Assembly: GCA_964016885.1 (NCBI GenBank)
Contig: OZ024758.1
Location: 35,278,001-35,342,000, forward strand
Reading direction: 5' to 3'
Length of the DNA stretch: 64,000 bases
Source of the DNA: Eledone cirrhosa
Lineage: Eukaryota
Part shown: piece by piece, positions 1 through 11,600 of the stretch
Layout of the letters: every line of letters starts with the position of its first letter
How positions within the stretch are numbered: position 1 is the first letter of the stretch
Notes under the pieces: model-generated
What the model was told of the DNA's origin: nothing
The model's input: only the letters and a program-made list of their open reading frames with translations
The model's database searches: none
Translations under genes and position numbers: made by a program

Positions 1-7
1 TTAAGTC

Positions 8-3000
8 ATGGTACTAGCTGTCAGAAGTAACTCCACTGTTGTTGAGAATTCATTTAAGTTCATTGTATTAGCTGTCAGAAGGAACGCCACTGTTGGTGAG
101 AATTCATTTAAGTTCATGGTATTAGCTGTCAGAAGTAACTCCACTGTTGGTGAGAATTCATTTAAGTTCATGGTACTAGCTGTCAGAAGTAACTCCAATG
201 TTGGTGAGAATTCATTTAAGTTCATGGTATTAGCTGTCAGAAGGAACTCCACTGTTGGTGAGAATTCATTTAAGTTCATGGTATTAGCTGTCAGAAGTAA
301 CTCCACTGTTGGTGAGAATTCATTTAAGTTCATGGTACTAGTTGTCAGAAGTAACTCCACTGTTGGTGAGAATTCATTTAAGTTCATGGTATTAGTTGTC
401 AGAAGTAACTCCACTGTTGGTGAGAATTCATTTAAGTCATGGCATTAGTTGTCAGAAGTAACTCCAATGTTGGTGAGAATTCATTTAAGTTCATGGTACT
501 AGCTGTCAGAAGTAACTCCACTGTTGGTGAGAATTCATTTAAGTTCATTGTATTAGCTGTCAGAAGTAACTCCACTGTTGGTGAGAATTCATTTAAGTCA
601 TGGTATTAGCTGTCAGAAGTAACTCCATTGTTGGTGAGAATTCATTTAAGTCATGGTACTAGCTGTCAGAAGTAACTCCACTGTTGGTGAGAATTCATTT
701 AAGTTCATGGTATTAGCTGTCAGAAGGAACTCCACTGTTGGTGAGAATTCATTTAAGTTCATGGTACTAGCTGTCAGAAGTAACTCCACTGTTGGTGAGA
801 ATTCATTTAAGTTCATGGTATTAGTTTGTCAGAAGTAACTCCACTGTTGGTGAGAATTCATTTAAGTCATGGTATTAGTTGTCAGAAGTAACTCCAATGT
901 TGGTGAGAATTCATTTAAGTCATGGTACTAGCTGTCAGAAGTAACTCCAATGTTGGTGAGAATTCATTTAAGTTCATGGTATTAGCTGTCAGAAGGAACT
1001 CCACTGTTGGTGAGAATTCATTTAAGTTCATGGTATTAGCTGTCAGAAGTAACTCCACCGTTGGTGAGAATTCATTTAAGTTCATGGTATTAGCTGTCAG
1101 AAGTAACTCCACTGTTGGTGAGAATTCATTTAAGTTCATGGTACTAGCTGTCAGAAGTAACTCCACTGTTGGTGAGAATTCATTTAAGTTCATGGTTCTA
1201 GCTGTCAGAATTAACTCCACTGTTGGTGAGAATTCATTTAAGTTCATGGTACTAGCTGTCAGAAGTAACTCCACTGTTGGTGAGAATTCATTTAAGTTCA
1301 TGGTATTACCTGTCAGAAGGAACTCCAATGTTGGTGAGAATTCATTTAAGTCATGGTACTAGCTGTCAGAAGTAACTCCACTGTTGGTGAGAATTCATTT
1401 AAGTTCATGGTATTAGCTGTCAGAAGGAACGCCACTGTTGGTGAGAATTCATTTAAGTTCATGGTATTAGCTGTCAGAAGTAACTCCACTGTTGGTGAGA
1501 ATTCATTTAAGTTCATGGTACTAGCTGTCAGAAGTAACTCCAATGTTGGTGAGAATTCATTTAAGTTCATGGTATTAGCTGTCAGAAGGAACTCCACTGT
1601 TGGTGAGAATTCATTTAAGTCTTGGTATTAGTTGTCAGAAGTAACTCCAATGTTGGTGAGAATTCATTTAAGTTCATGGTACTAGCTGTCAGAAGTAACT
1701 CCACTGTTGGTGAGAATTCATTTAAGTTCATGGTACTAGCTGTCAAAAGTAACTCCAATGTTGGTGAGAATTCATTTAAGTTCATGGTATTAGCTGTCAG
1801 AAGTAACTCCAATGTTGGTGAGAATTCATTTAAGTTCATGGTACTAGCTGTCAGAAGTAACTCCACTGTTGGTGAGAATTCATTTAAGTCATGGTATTAG
1901 TTGTCAGAAGTAACTCCAATGTTGGTGAGAATTCATTTAAGTTCATGGTACTAGCTGTCAGAAGTAACTCCACTGTTGGTGAGAATTCATTTAAGTTCAT
2001 GGTATTAGCTGTCAGAAGTAACTCCACTGTTGGTGAGAATTCATTTAAGTCATGGTATTAGCTGTCAGAAGTAACTCCAATGTTGGTGAGAATTCATTTA
2101 AGTCTTGGTACTAGCTGTCAGAAGTAACTCCAATGTTGGTGAGAATTCAGTTAAGTTCATGGTATTAGCTGTCAGAAGGAACTCCACTGTTGGTGAGAAT
2201 TCATTTAAGTTCATGGTATTAGCTGTCAGAAGTAACTCCACTGTTGGTGAGAATTCATTTAAGTTCATGGTACTAGCTGTCAGAAGTAACTCCACTGTTG
2301 GTGAGAATTCATTTAAGTTCATGGTACTAGCCGTCAGAAGTAACTCCACTGTTGGTGAGAATTCAGTTAAGTTCATGGTATTAGTTGTCAGAAGTAACTC
2401 CACTGTTGGTGAGAATTCATTTAAATCATGGTATTAGTTGTCAGAAGTAACTCCAATGTTGGTGAGAATTCATTTAAGTTCATGGTACTAGCTGTCAGAA
2501 GTAACTCCACTGTTGGTGAGAATTCATTTAAGTTCATGGTATTAGCTGTCAGAAGTAACTCCACTGTTGGTGAGAATTCATTTAAGTCATGGTATTAGCT
2601 GTCAGAAGTAACTCCATTGTTGGTGAGAATTCATTTAAGTCATGGTACTAGCTGTCAGAAGTAACTCCACTGTTGGTGAGAATTCATTTAAGTTCATGGT
2701 ATTAGCTGTCAGAAGGAACTCCACTGTTGGTAAGAATTCATTTAAGTTCATGGTATTAGCTGTCAGAAGTAACTCCACTGTTGGTGAGAATTCATTTAAG
2801 TTCATGGTACTAGCTGTCAGAAGTAACTCCACTGTTGGTGAGAATTCATTTAAGTTCATGGTACTAGCTGTCAGAAGTAACTCCACTGTTGGTGAGAATT
2901 CATTTAAGTTCATGGTACTAGCTGTCAGAAGTAACCCCAATGTTGGTGAGAATTCATTTAAGTTCATGGTATTAGCTGTCAGAAGTCACTCCAATGTTGG

Positions 3001-4812
3001 TGAGAATTCATTTAAGTTCATGGTATTAGCTGTGAGAAGTCACTCCACTGTTGGTGAGAATTCATTTAAGTTCATGGTATTAGCTGTCAGAAGTACCTCC
3101 ACTGTTGGTGAGAATTCATTTAAGTTCATGGTATTAGCTGTCAGAAGTAACTCCACTGTTGGTGAGAATTCATTTAAGTTCATGGTATTAGCTGTCAGAA
3201 GGAACTCCAATGTTGGTGAGAATTCATTTAAGTCATGGTACTAGCTGTCAGAAGTAACTCCACTGTTGGTGAGAATTCATTTAAGTTCATGGAATTAGCT
3301 GTCAGAAGGAACGCCACTGTTGGTGAGAATTCATTTAAGTTCATGGTATTAGCTGTCAGAAGTAACTCCACTGTTGGTGAGAATTCATTTAAGTTCATGG
3401 TACTAGCTGTCAGAAGTAACTCCAATGTTGGTGAGAATTCATTTAAGTTCATGGTATTAGCTGTCAGAAGGAACTCCACTGTTGGTGAGAATTCATTTAA
3501 GTTCATGGTATTAGCTGTCAGAAGTAACTCCACTGTTGGTGAGAATTCATTTAAGTTCATGGTACTAGTTGTCAGAAGTAACTCCACTGTTGGTGAGAAT
3601 TCATTTAAGTTCATGGTATTAGTTGTCAGAAGTAACTCCACTGTTGGTGAGAATTCATTTAAGTCATGGTATTAGTTGTCAGAAGTAACTCCAATGTTGG
3701 TGAGAATTCATTTAAGTTCATGGTACTAGCTGTCAGAAGTAACTCCACTGTTGGTGAGAATTCATTTAAGTTCATTGTATTAGCTGTCAGAAGTAACTCC
3801 ACTGTTGGTGAGAATTCATTTAAGTCATGGTATTAGCTGTCAGAAGTAACTCCATTGTTGGTGAGAATTCATTTAAGTCATGGTACTAGCTGTCAGAAGT
3901 AACTCCACTGTTGGTGAGAATTCATTTAAGTTCATGGTATTAGCTGTCAGAAGGAACTCCACTGTTGGTGAGAATTCATTTAAGTTCATGGTACTAGCTG
4001 TCAGAAGTAACTCCACTGTTGGTGAGAATTCATTTAAGTTCATGGTATTAGTTTGTCAGAAGTAACTCCACTGTTGGTGAGAATTCATTTAAGTCATGGT
4101 ATTAGTTGTCAGAAGTAACTCCAATGTTGGTGAGAATTCATTTAAGTCATGGTACTAGCTGTCAGAAGTAACTCCAATGTTGGTGAGAATTCATTTAAGT
4201 TCATGGTATTAGCTGTCAGAAGGAACTCCACTGTTGGTTAGAATTCATTTAAGTTCATGGTATTAGCTGTCAGAAGTAACTCCACCGTTGGTGAGAATTC
4301 ATTTAAGTTCATGGTATTAGCTGTCAGAAGTAACTCCACTGTTGGTGAGAATTCATTTAAGTTCATGGTACTAGCTGTCAGAAGTAACTCCACTGTTGGT
4401 GAGAATTCATTTAAGTTCATGGTTCTAGCTGTCAGAATTAACTCCACTGTTGGTGAGAATTCATTTAAGTTCATGGTACTAGCTGTCAGAAGTAACTCCA
4501 CTGTTGGTGAGAATTCATTTAAGTTCATGGTATTAGCTGTCAGAAGGAACTCCAATGTTGGTGAGAATTCATTTAAGTCATGGTACTAGCTGTCAGAAGT
4601 AACTCCACTGTTGGTGAGAATTCATTTAAGTTCATGGTATTAGCTGTCAGAAGGAACGCCACTGTTGGTGAGAATTCATTTAAGTTCATGGTATTAGCTG
4701 TCAGAAGTAACTCCACTGTTGGTGAGAATTCATTTAAGTTCATGGTACTAGCTGTCAGAAGTAACTCCAATGTTGGTGAGAATTCATTTAAGTTCATGGT
4801 ATTAGCTGTCAG
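8..4812. repeat. Higher-order repeat with 3,227-bp period (60 monomers): one full unit plus a partial second
   Basis: Matching ORF starts are offset by 3,227 bp (8/3235, 653/3880, 1353/4580). Rare variants recur at this offset: GTTTGTC (824/4051), CACCGTT, and GTTCTAG...AGAATTAAC. The arithmetic fits: 60x54 minus 14 deletion monomers plus 1 insertion = 3,227. Confidence 0.9.
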
Positions 4813-5173
4813 AAGTCACTCCACTGTTGGTGATAATTCATTTAAGTTCATGGTATTAGCTGTCAGAAGTAACTCCACTGTTGGTGAGAATTCATTTAAG
4901 TTCATGGTACTAGTTGTCAGAAGTAACTCCACTGTTGGTGAGAATTCATTTAAGTTCATGGTACTAGCTGTCAGAAGTAACTCCAATGTTGGTGAGAATT
5001 CATTTAAGTTCATGGTATTAGCTGTCAGAAGTCACTCCACTGTTGGTGATAATTCATTTAAGTTCATGGTATTAGCTGTCAGAAGTAACTCCACTGTTGG
5101 TGAGAATTCATTTAAGTTCATGGTACTAGTTGTCAGAAGTAACTCCACTGTTGGTGAGAATTCATTTAAGTTC
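4742..5173. repeat. Tandem duplication of a 4-monomer (216-bp) block
   Basis: The order CTA-AAT / CAC-GGTGATAATT / TTA-ACT / CTAGTT occurs at 4742-4957 and again at 4958-5173. The rare GATAATTC variant is at ~4832 and ~5048. Confidence 0.9.
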
Positions 5174-6734
5174 ATGGTACTAGCTGTCAAAAGTAACTCC
5201 AATGTTGGTGAGAATTCATTTAAGTTCATGGTATTAGCTGTCAGAAGTAACTCCAATGTTGGTGAGAATTCATTTAAGTTCATGGTACTAGCTGTCAGAA
5301 GTAACTCCACTGTTGGTGAGAATTCATTTAAGTCATGGTATTAGTTGTCAGAAGTAACTCCAATGTTGGTGAGAATTCATTTAAGTTCATGGTACTAGCT
5401 GTCAGAAGTAACTCCACTGTTGGTGAGAATTCATTTAAGTTCATGGTATTAGCTGTCAGAAGTAACTCCACTGTTGGTGAGAATTCATTTAAGTCATGGT
5501 ATTAGCTGTCAGAAGTAACTCCAATGTTGGTGAGAATTCATTTAAGTCTTGGTACTAGCTGTCAGAAGTAACTCCAATGTTGGTGAGAATTCAGTTAAGT
5601 TCATGGTATTAGCTGTCAGAAGGAACTCCACTGTTGGTGAGAATTCATTTAAGTTCATGGTATTAGCTGTCAGAAGTAACTCCACTGTTGGTGAGAATTC
5701 ATTTAAGTTCATGGTACTAGCTGTCAGAAGTAACTCCACTGTTGGTGAGAATTCATTTAAGTTCATGGTACTAGCCGTCAGAAGTAACTCCACTGTTGGT
5801 GAGAATTCAGTTAAGTTCATGGTATTAGTTGTCAGAAGTAACTCCACTGTTGGTGAGAATTCATTTAAATCATGGTATTAGTTGTCAGAAGTAACTCCAA
5901 TGTTGGTGAGAATTCATTTAAGTTCATGGTACTAGCTGTCAGAAGTAACTCCACTGTTGGTGAGAATTCATTTAAGTTCATGGTATTAGCTGTCAGAAGG
6001 AACTCCACTGTTGGTGAGAATTCATTTAAGTTCATGGTACTAGCTGTCAGAAGTAACTCCACTGTTGGTGAGAATTCATTTAAGTTCATGGTTCTAGCTG
6101 TCAGAATTAACTCCACTGTTGGTGAGAATTCATTTAAGTTCATGGTACTAGCTGTCAGAAGTAACTCCAATGTTGGTAAGAATTCATTTAAGTTCATGAT
6201 ATTAGCTGTCAGAAGTAACTCCACTGTTGGTGAGAATTCATTTAAGTTCATGGTACTAGCTGTCAGAAGTAACTCCACTGTTGGTGAGAATTCATTTAAG
6301 TTTATGGTACTAGCTGTCAGAAGTAACCCCAATGTTGGTGAGAATTCATTTAAGTTCATGGTATTAGCTGTCAGAAGTCACTCCAATGTTGGTGAGAATT
6401 CATTTAAGTTCATGGTATTAGCTGTCAGAAGTCACTCCACTGTTGGTGAGAATTCATTTAAGTTCATGGTACTAGCTGTCAGAAGTAACCCCAATGTTGC
6501 TGAGAATTCATTTAAGTTCATGGTATTAGCTGTCAGAAGTCACTCCAATGTTGGTGAGAATTCATTTAAGTTCATGGTATTAGCTGTCAGAAGTAACTCC
6601 ACTGTTGGTGAGAATTCATTTAAGTTCATGGTATTAGCTGTCAGAAGTAACTCCACTGTTGGTGAGAATTCATTTAAGTTCATGGTATTAGCTGTCAGAA
6701 GTAACTCCACTGTTGGTGAGAATTCATTTAAGTT

Positions 6735-8616
6735 CATGGTATTACCTGTCAGAAGGAACTCCAATGTTGGTGAGAATTCATTTAAGTCATGGTACTAGCT
6801 GTCAGAAGTAACTCCACTGTTGGTGAGAATTCATTTAAGTTCATGGTATTAGCTGTCAGAAGGAACGCCACTGTTGGTGAGAATTCATTTAAGTTCATGG
6901 TATTAGCTGTCAGAAGTAACTCCACTGTTGGTGAGAATTCATTTAAGTTCATGGTACTAGCTGTCAGAAGTAACTCCAATGTTGGTGAGAATTCATTTAA
7001 GTTCATGGTATTAGCTGTCAGAAGGAACTCCACTGTTGGTGAGAATTCATTTAAGTCTTGGTATTAGTTGTCAGAAGTAACTCCAATGTTGGTGAGAATT
7101 CATTTAAGTTCATGGTACTAGCTGTCAGAAGTAACTCCACTGTTGGTGAGAATTCATTTAAGTTCATGGTACTAGCTGTCAAAAGTAACTCCAATGTTGG
7201 TGAGAATTCATTTAAGTTCATGGTATTAGCTGTCAGAAGTAACTCCAATGTTGGTGAGAATTCATTTAAGTTCATGGTACTAGCTGTCAGAAGTAACTCC
7301 ACTGTTGGTGAGAATTCATTTAAGTCATGGTATTAGTTGTCAGAAGTAACTCCAATGTTGGTGAGAATTCATTTAAGTTCATGGTACTAGCTGTCAGAAG
7401 TAACTCCACTGTTGGTGAGAATTCATTTAAGTTCATGGTATTAGCTGTCAGAAGTAACTCCACTGTTGGTGAGAATTCATTTAAGTCATGGTATTAGCTG
7501 TCAGAAGTAACTCCAATGTTGGTGAGAATTCATTTAAGTCTTGGTACTAGCTGTCAGAAGTAACTCCAATGTTGGTGAGAATTCAGTTAAGTTCATGGTA
7601 TTAGCTGTCAGAAGGAACTCCACTGTTGGTGAGAATTCATTTAAGTTCATGGTACTAGCTGTCAGAAGTAACTCCACTGTTGGTGAGAATTCATTTAAGT
7701 TCATGGTACTAGCCGTCAGAAGTAACTCCACTGTTGGTGAGAATTCAGTTAAGTTCATGGTATTAGTTGTCAGAAGTAACTCCACTGTTGGTGAGAATTC
7801 ATTTAAATCATGGTATTAGTTGTCAGAAGTAACTCCAATGTTGGTGAGAATTCATTTAAGTTCATGGTACTAGCTGTCAGAAGTAACTCCACTGTTGGTG
7901 AGAATTCATTTAAGTTCATGGTATTAGCTGTCAGAAGTAACTCCACTGTTGGTGAGAATTCATTTAAGTCATGGTATTAGCTGTCAGAAGTAACTCCATT
8001 GTTGGTGAGAATTCATTTAAGTCATGGTACTAGCTGTCAGAAGTAACTCCACTGTTGGTGAGAATTCATTTAAGTTCATGGTATTAGCTGTCAGAAGGAA
8101 CTCCACTGTTGGTAAGAATTCATTTAAGTTCATGGTATTAGCTGTCAGAAGTAACTCCACTGTTGGTGAGAATTCATTTAAGTTCATGGTACTAGCTGTC
8201 AGAAGTAACTCCACTGTTGGTGAGAATTCATTTAAGTTCATGGTACTAGCTGTCAGAAGTAACTCCACTGTTGGTGAGAATTCATTTAAGTTCATGGTAC
8301 TAGCTGTCAGAAGTAACCCCAATGTTGGTGAGAATTCATTTAAGTTCATGGTATTAGCTGTCAGAAGTCACTCCAATGTTGGTGAGAATTCATTTAAGTT
8401 CATGGTATTAGCTGTGAGAAGTCACTCCACTGTTGGTGAGAATTCATTTAAGTTCATGGTATTAGCTGTCAGAAGTACCTCCACTGTTGGTGAGAATTCA
8501 TTTAAGTTCATGGTATTAGTTGTCAGAAGTAACTCCACTGTTGGTGAGAATTCATTTAAGTTCATGGTATTAGCTGTCAGAAGGAACTCCAATGTTGGTG
8601 AGAATTCATTTAAGTC
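6735..8616. repeat. Duplicate of ~1299-3234 (offset 5,436, then 5,382 after loss of one monomer)
   Basis: ORF offsets are 1353/6789, 1622/7058 and 2105/7541 (5,436), then 2642/8024 (5,382). Shared rare variants include TTACC, GTCAAAAG, TTCAGTT, GCCGTC, TTAAATC, GTGAGAAGTCAC and AGTACCTCC. Confidence 0.88.
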
Positions 8617-11600
8617 ATGGTACTAGCTGTCAGAAGTAACTCCACTGTTGTTGAGAATTCATTTAAGTTCATTGTATTAGCTGTCAGAAGGAACGCCACT
8701 GTTGGTGAGAATTCATTTAAGTTCATGGTATTAGCTGTCAGAAGTAACTCCACTGTTGGTGAGAATTCATTTAAGTTCATGGTACTAGCTGTCAGAAGTA
8801 ACTCCAATGTTGGTGAGAATTCATTTAAGTTCATGGTATTAGCTGTCAGAAGGAACTCCACTGTTGGTGAGAATTCATTTAAGTTCATGGTATTAGCTGT
8901 CAGAAGTAACTCCACTGTTGGTGAGAATTCATTTAAGTTCATGGTACTAGTTGTCAGAAGTAACTCCACTGTTGGTGAGAATTCATTTAAGTTCATGGTA
9001 TTAGTTGTCAGAAGTAACTCCACTGTTGGTGAGAATTCATTTAAGTCATGGCATTAGTTGTCAGAAGTAACTCCAATGTTGGTGAGAATTCATTTAAGTT
9101 CATGGTACTAGCTGTCAGAAGTAACTCCACTGTTGGTGAGAATTCATTTAAGTTCATTGTATTAGCTGTCAGAAGTAACTCCACTGTTGGTGAGAATTCA
9201 TTTAAGTCATGGTATTAGCTGTCAGAAGTAACTCCATTGTTGGTGAGAATTCATTTAAGTCATGGTACTAGCTGTCAGAAGTAACTCCACTGTTGGTGAG
9301 AATTCATTTAAGTTCATGGTATTAGCTGTCAGAAGGAACTCCACTGTTGGTGAGAATTCATTTAAGTTCATGGTACTAGCTGTCAGAAGTAACTCCACTG
9401 TTGGTGAGAATTCATTTAAGTTCATGGTATTAGTTTGTCAGAAGTAACTCCACTGTTGGTGAGAATTCATTTAAGTCATGGTATTAGTTGTCAGAAGTAA
9501 CTCCAATGTTGGTGAGAATTCATTTAAGTCATGGTACTAGCTGTCAGAAGTAACTCCAATGTTGGTGAGAATTCATTTAAGTTCATGGTATTAGCTGTCA
9601 GAAGGAACTCCACTGTTGGTGAGAATTCATTTAAGTTCATGGTATTAGCTGTCAGAAGTAACTCCACCGTTGGTGAGAATTCATTTAAGTTCATGGTATT
9701 AGCTGTCAGAAGTAACTCCACTGTTGGTGAGAATTCATTTAAGTTCATGGTACTAGCTGTCAGAAGTAACTCCACTGTTGGTGAGAATTCATTTAAGTTC
9801 ATGGTTCTAGCTGTCAGAATTAACTCCACTGTTGGTGAGAATTCATTTAAGTTCATGGTACTAGCTGTCAGAAGTAACTCCACTGTTGGTGAGAATTCAT
9901 TTAAGTTCATGGTATTACCTGTCAGAAGGAACTCCAATGTTGGTGAGAATTCATTTAAGTCATGGTACTAGCTGTCAGAAGTAACTCCACTGTTGGTGAG
10001 AATTCATTTAAGTTCATGGTATTAGCTGTCAGAAGGAACGCCACTGTTGGTGAGAATTCATTTAAGTTCATGGTATTAGCTGTCAGAAGTAACTCCACTG
10101 TTGGTGAGAATTCATTTAAGTTCATGGTACTAGCTGTCAGAAGTAACTCCAATGTTGGTGAGAATTCATTTAAGTTCATGGTATTAGCTGTCAGAAGGAA
10201 CTCCACTGTTGGTGAGAATTCATTTAAGTCTTGGTATTAGTTGTCAGAAGTAACTCCAATGTTGGTGAGAATTCATTTAAGTTCATGGTACTAGCTGTCA
10301 GAAGTAACTCCACTGTTGGTGAGAATTCATTTAAGTTCATGGTACTAGCTGTCAAAAGTAACTCCAATGTTGGTGAGAATTCATTTAAGTTCATGGTATT
10401 AGCTGTCAGAAGTAACTCCAATGTTGGTGAGAATTCATTTAAGTTCATGGTACTAGCTGTCAGAAGTAACTCCACTGTTGGTGAGAATTCATTTAAGTCA
10501 TGGTATTAGTTGTCAGAAGTAACTCCAATGTTGGTGAGAATTCATTTAAGTTCATGGTACTAGCTGTCAGAAGTAACTCCACTGTTGGTGAGAATTCATT
10601 TAAGTTCATGGTATTAGCTGTCAGAAGTAACTCCACTGTTGGTGAGAATTCATTTAAGTCATGGTATTAGCTGTCAGAAGTAACTCCAATGTTGGTGAGA
10701 ATTCATTTAAGTCTTGGTACTAGCTGTCAGAAGTAACTCCAATGTTGGTGAGAATTCAGTTAAGTTCATGGTATTAGCTGTCAGAAGGAACTCCACTGTT
10801 GGTGAGAATTCATTTAAGTTCATGGTATTAGCTGTCAGAAGTAACTCCACTGTTGGTGAGAATTCATTTAAGTTCATGGTACTAGCTGTCAGAAGTAACT
10901 CCACTGTTGGTGAGAATTCATTTAAGTTCATGGTACTAGCCGTCAGAAGTAACTCCACTGTTGGTGAGAATTCAGTTAAGTTCATGGTATTAGTTGTCAG
11001 AAGTAACTCCACTGTTGGTGAGAATTCATTTAAATCATGGTATTAGTTGTCAGAAGTAACTCCAATGTTGGTGAGAATTCATTTAAGTTCATGGTACTAG
11101 CTGTCAGAAGTAACTCCACTGTTGGTGAGAATTCATTTAAGTTCATGGTATTAGCTGTCAGAAGTAACTCCACTGTTGGTGAGAATTCATTTAAGTCATG
11201 GTATTAGCTGTCAGAAGTAACTCCATTGTTGGTGAGAATTCATTTAAGTCATGGTACTAGCTGTCAGAAGTAACTCCACTGTTGGTGAGAATTCATTTAA
11301 GTTCATGGTATTAGCTGTCAGAAGGAACTCCACTGTTGGTAAGAATTCATTTAAGTTCATGGTATTAGCTGTCAGAAGTAACTCCACTGTTGGTGAGAAT
11401 TCATTTAAGTTCATGGTACTAGCTGTCAGAAGTAACTCCACTGTTGGTGAGAATTCATTTAAGTTCATGGTACTAGCTGTCAGAAGTAACTCCACTGTTG
11501 GTGAGAATTCATTTAAGTTCATGGTACTAGCTGTCAGAAGTAACCCCAATGTTGGTGAGAATTCATTTAAGTTCATGGTATTAGCTGTCAGAAGTCACTC

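Noticed and set aside
195-199. CCAAT box in AAT-type monomers as a promoter element
   Set aside because: It is a 5-bp motif created by one SNP within a satellite, with no associated gene or other promoter context.
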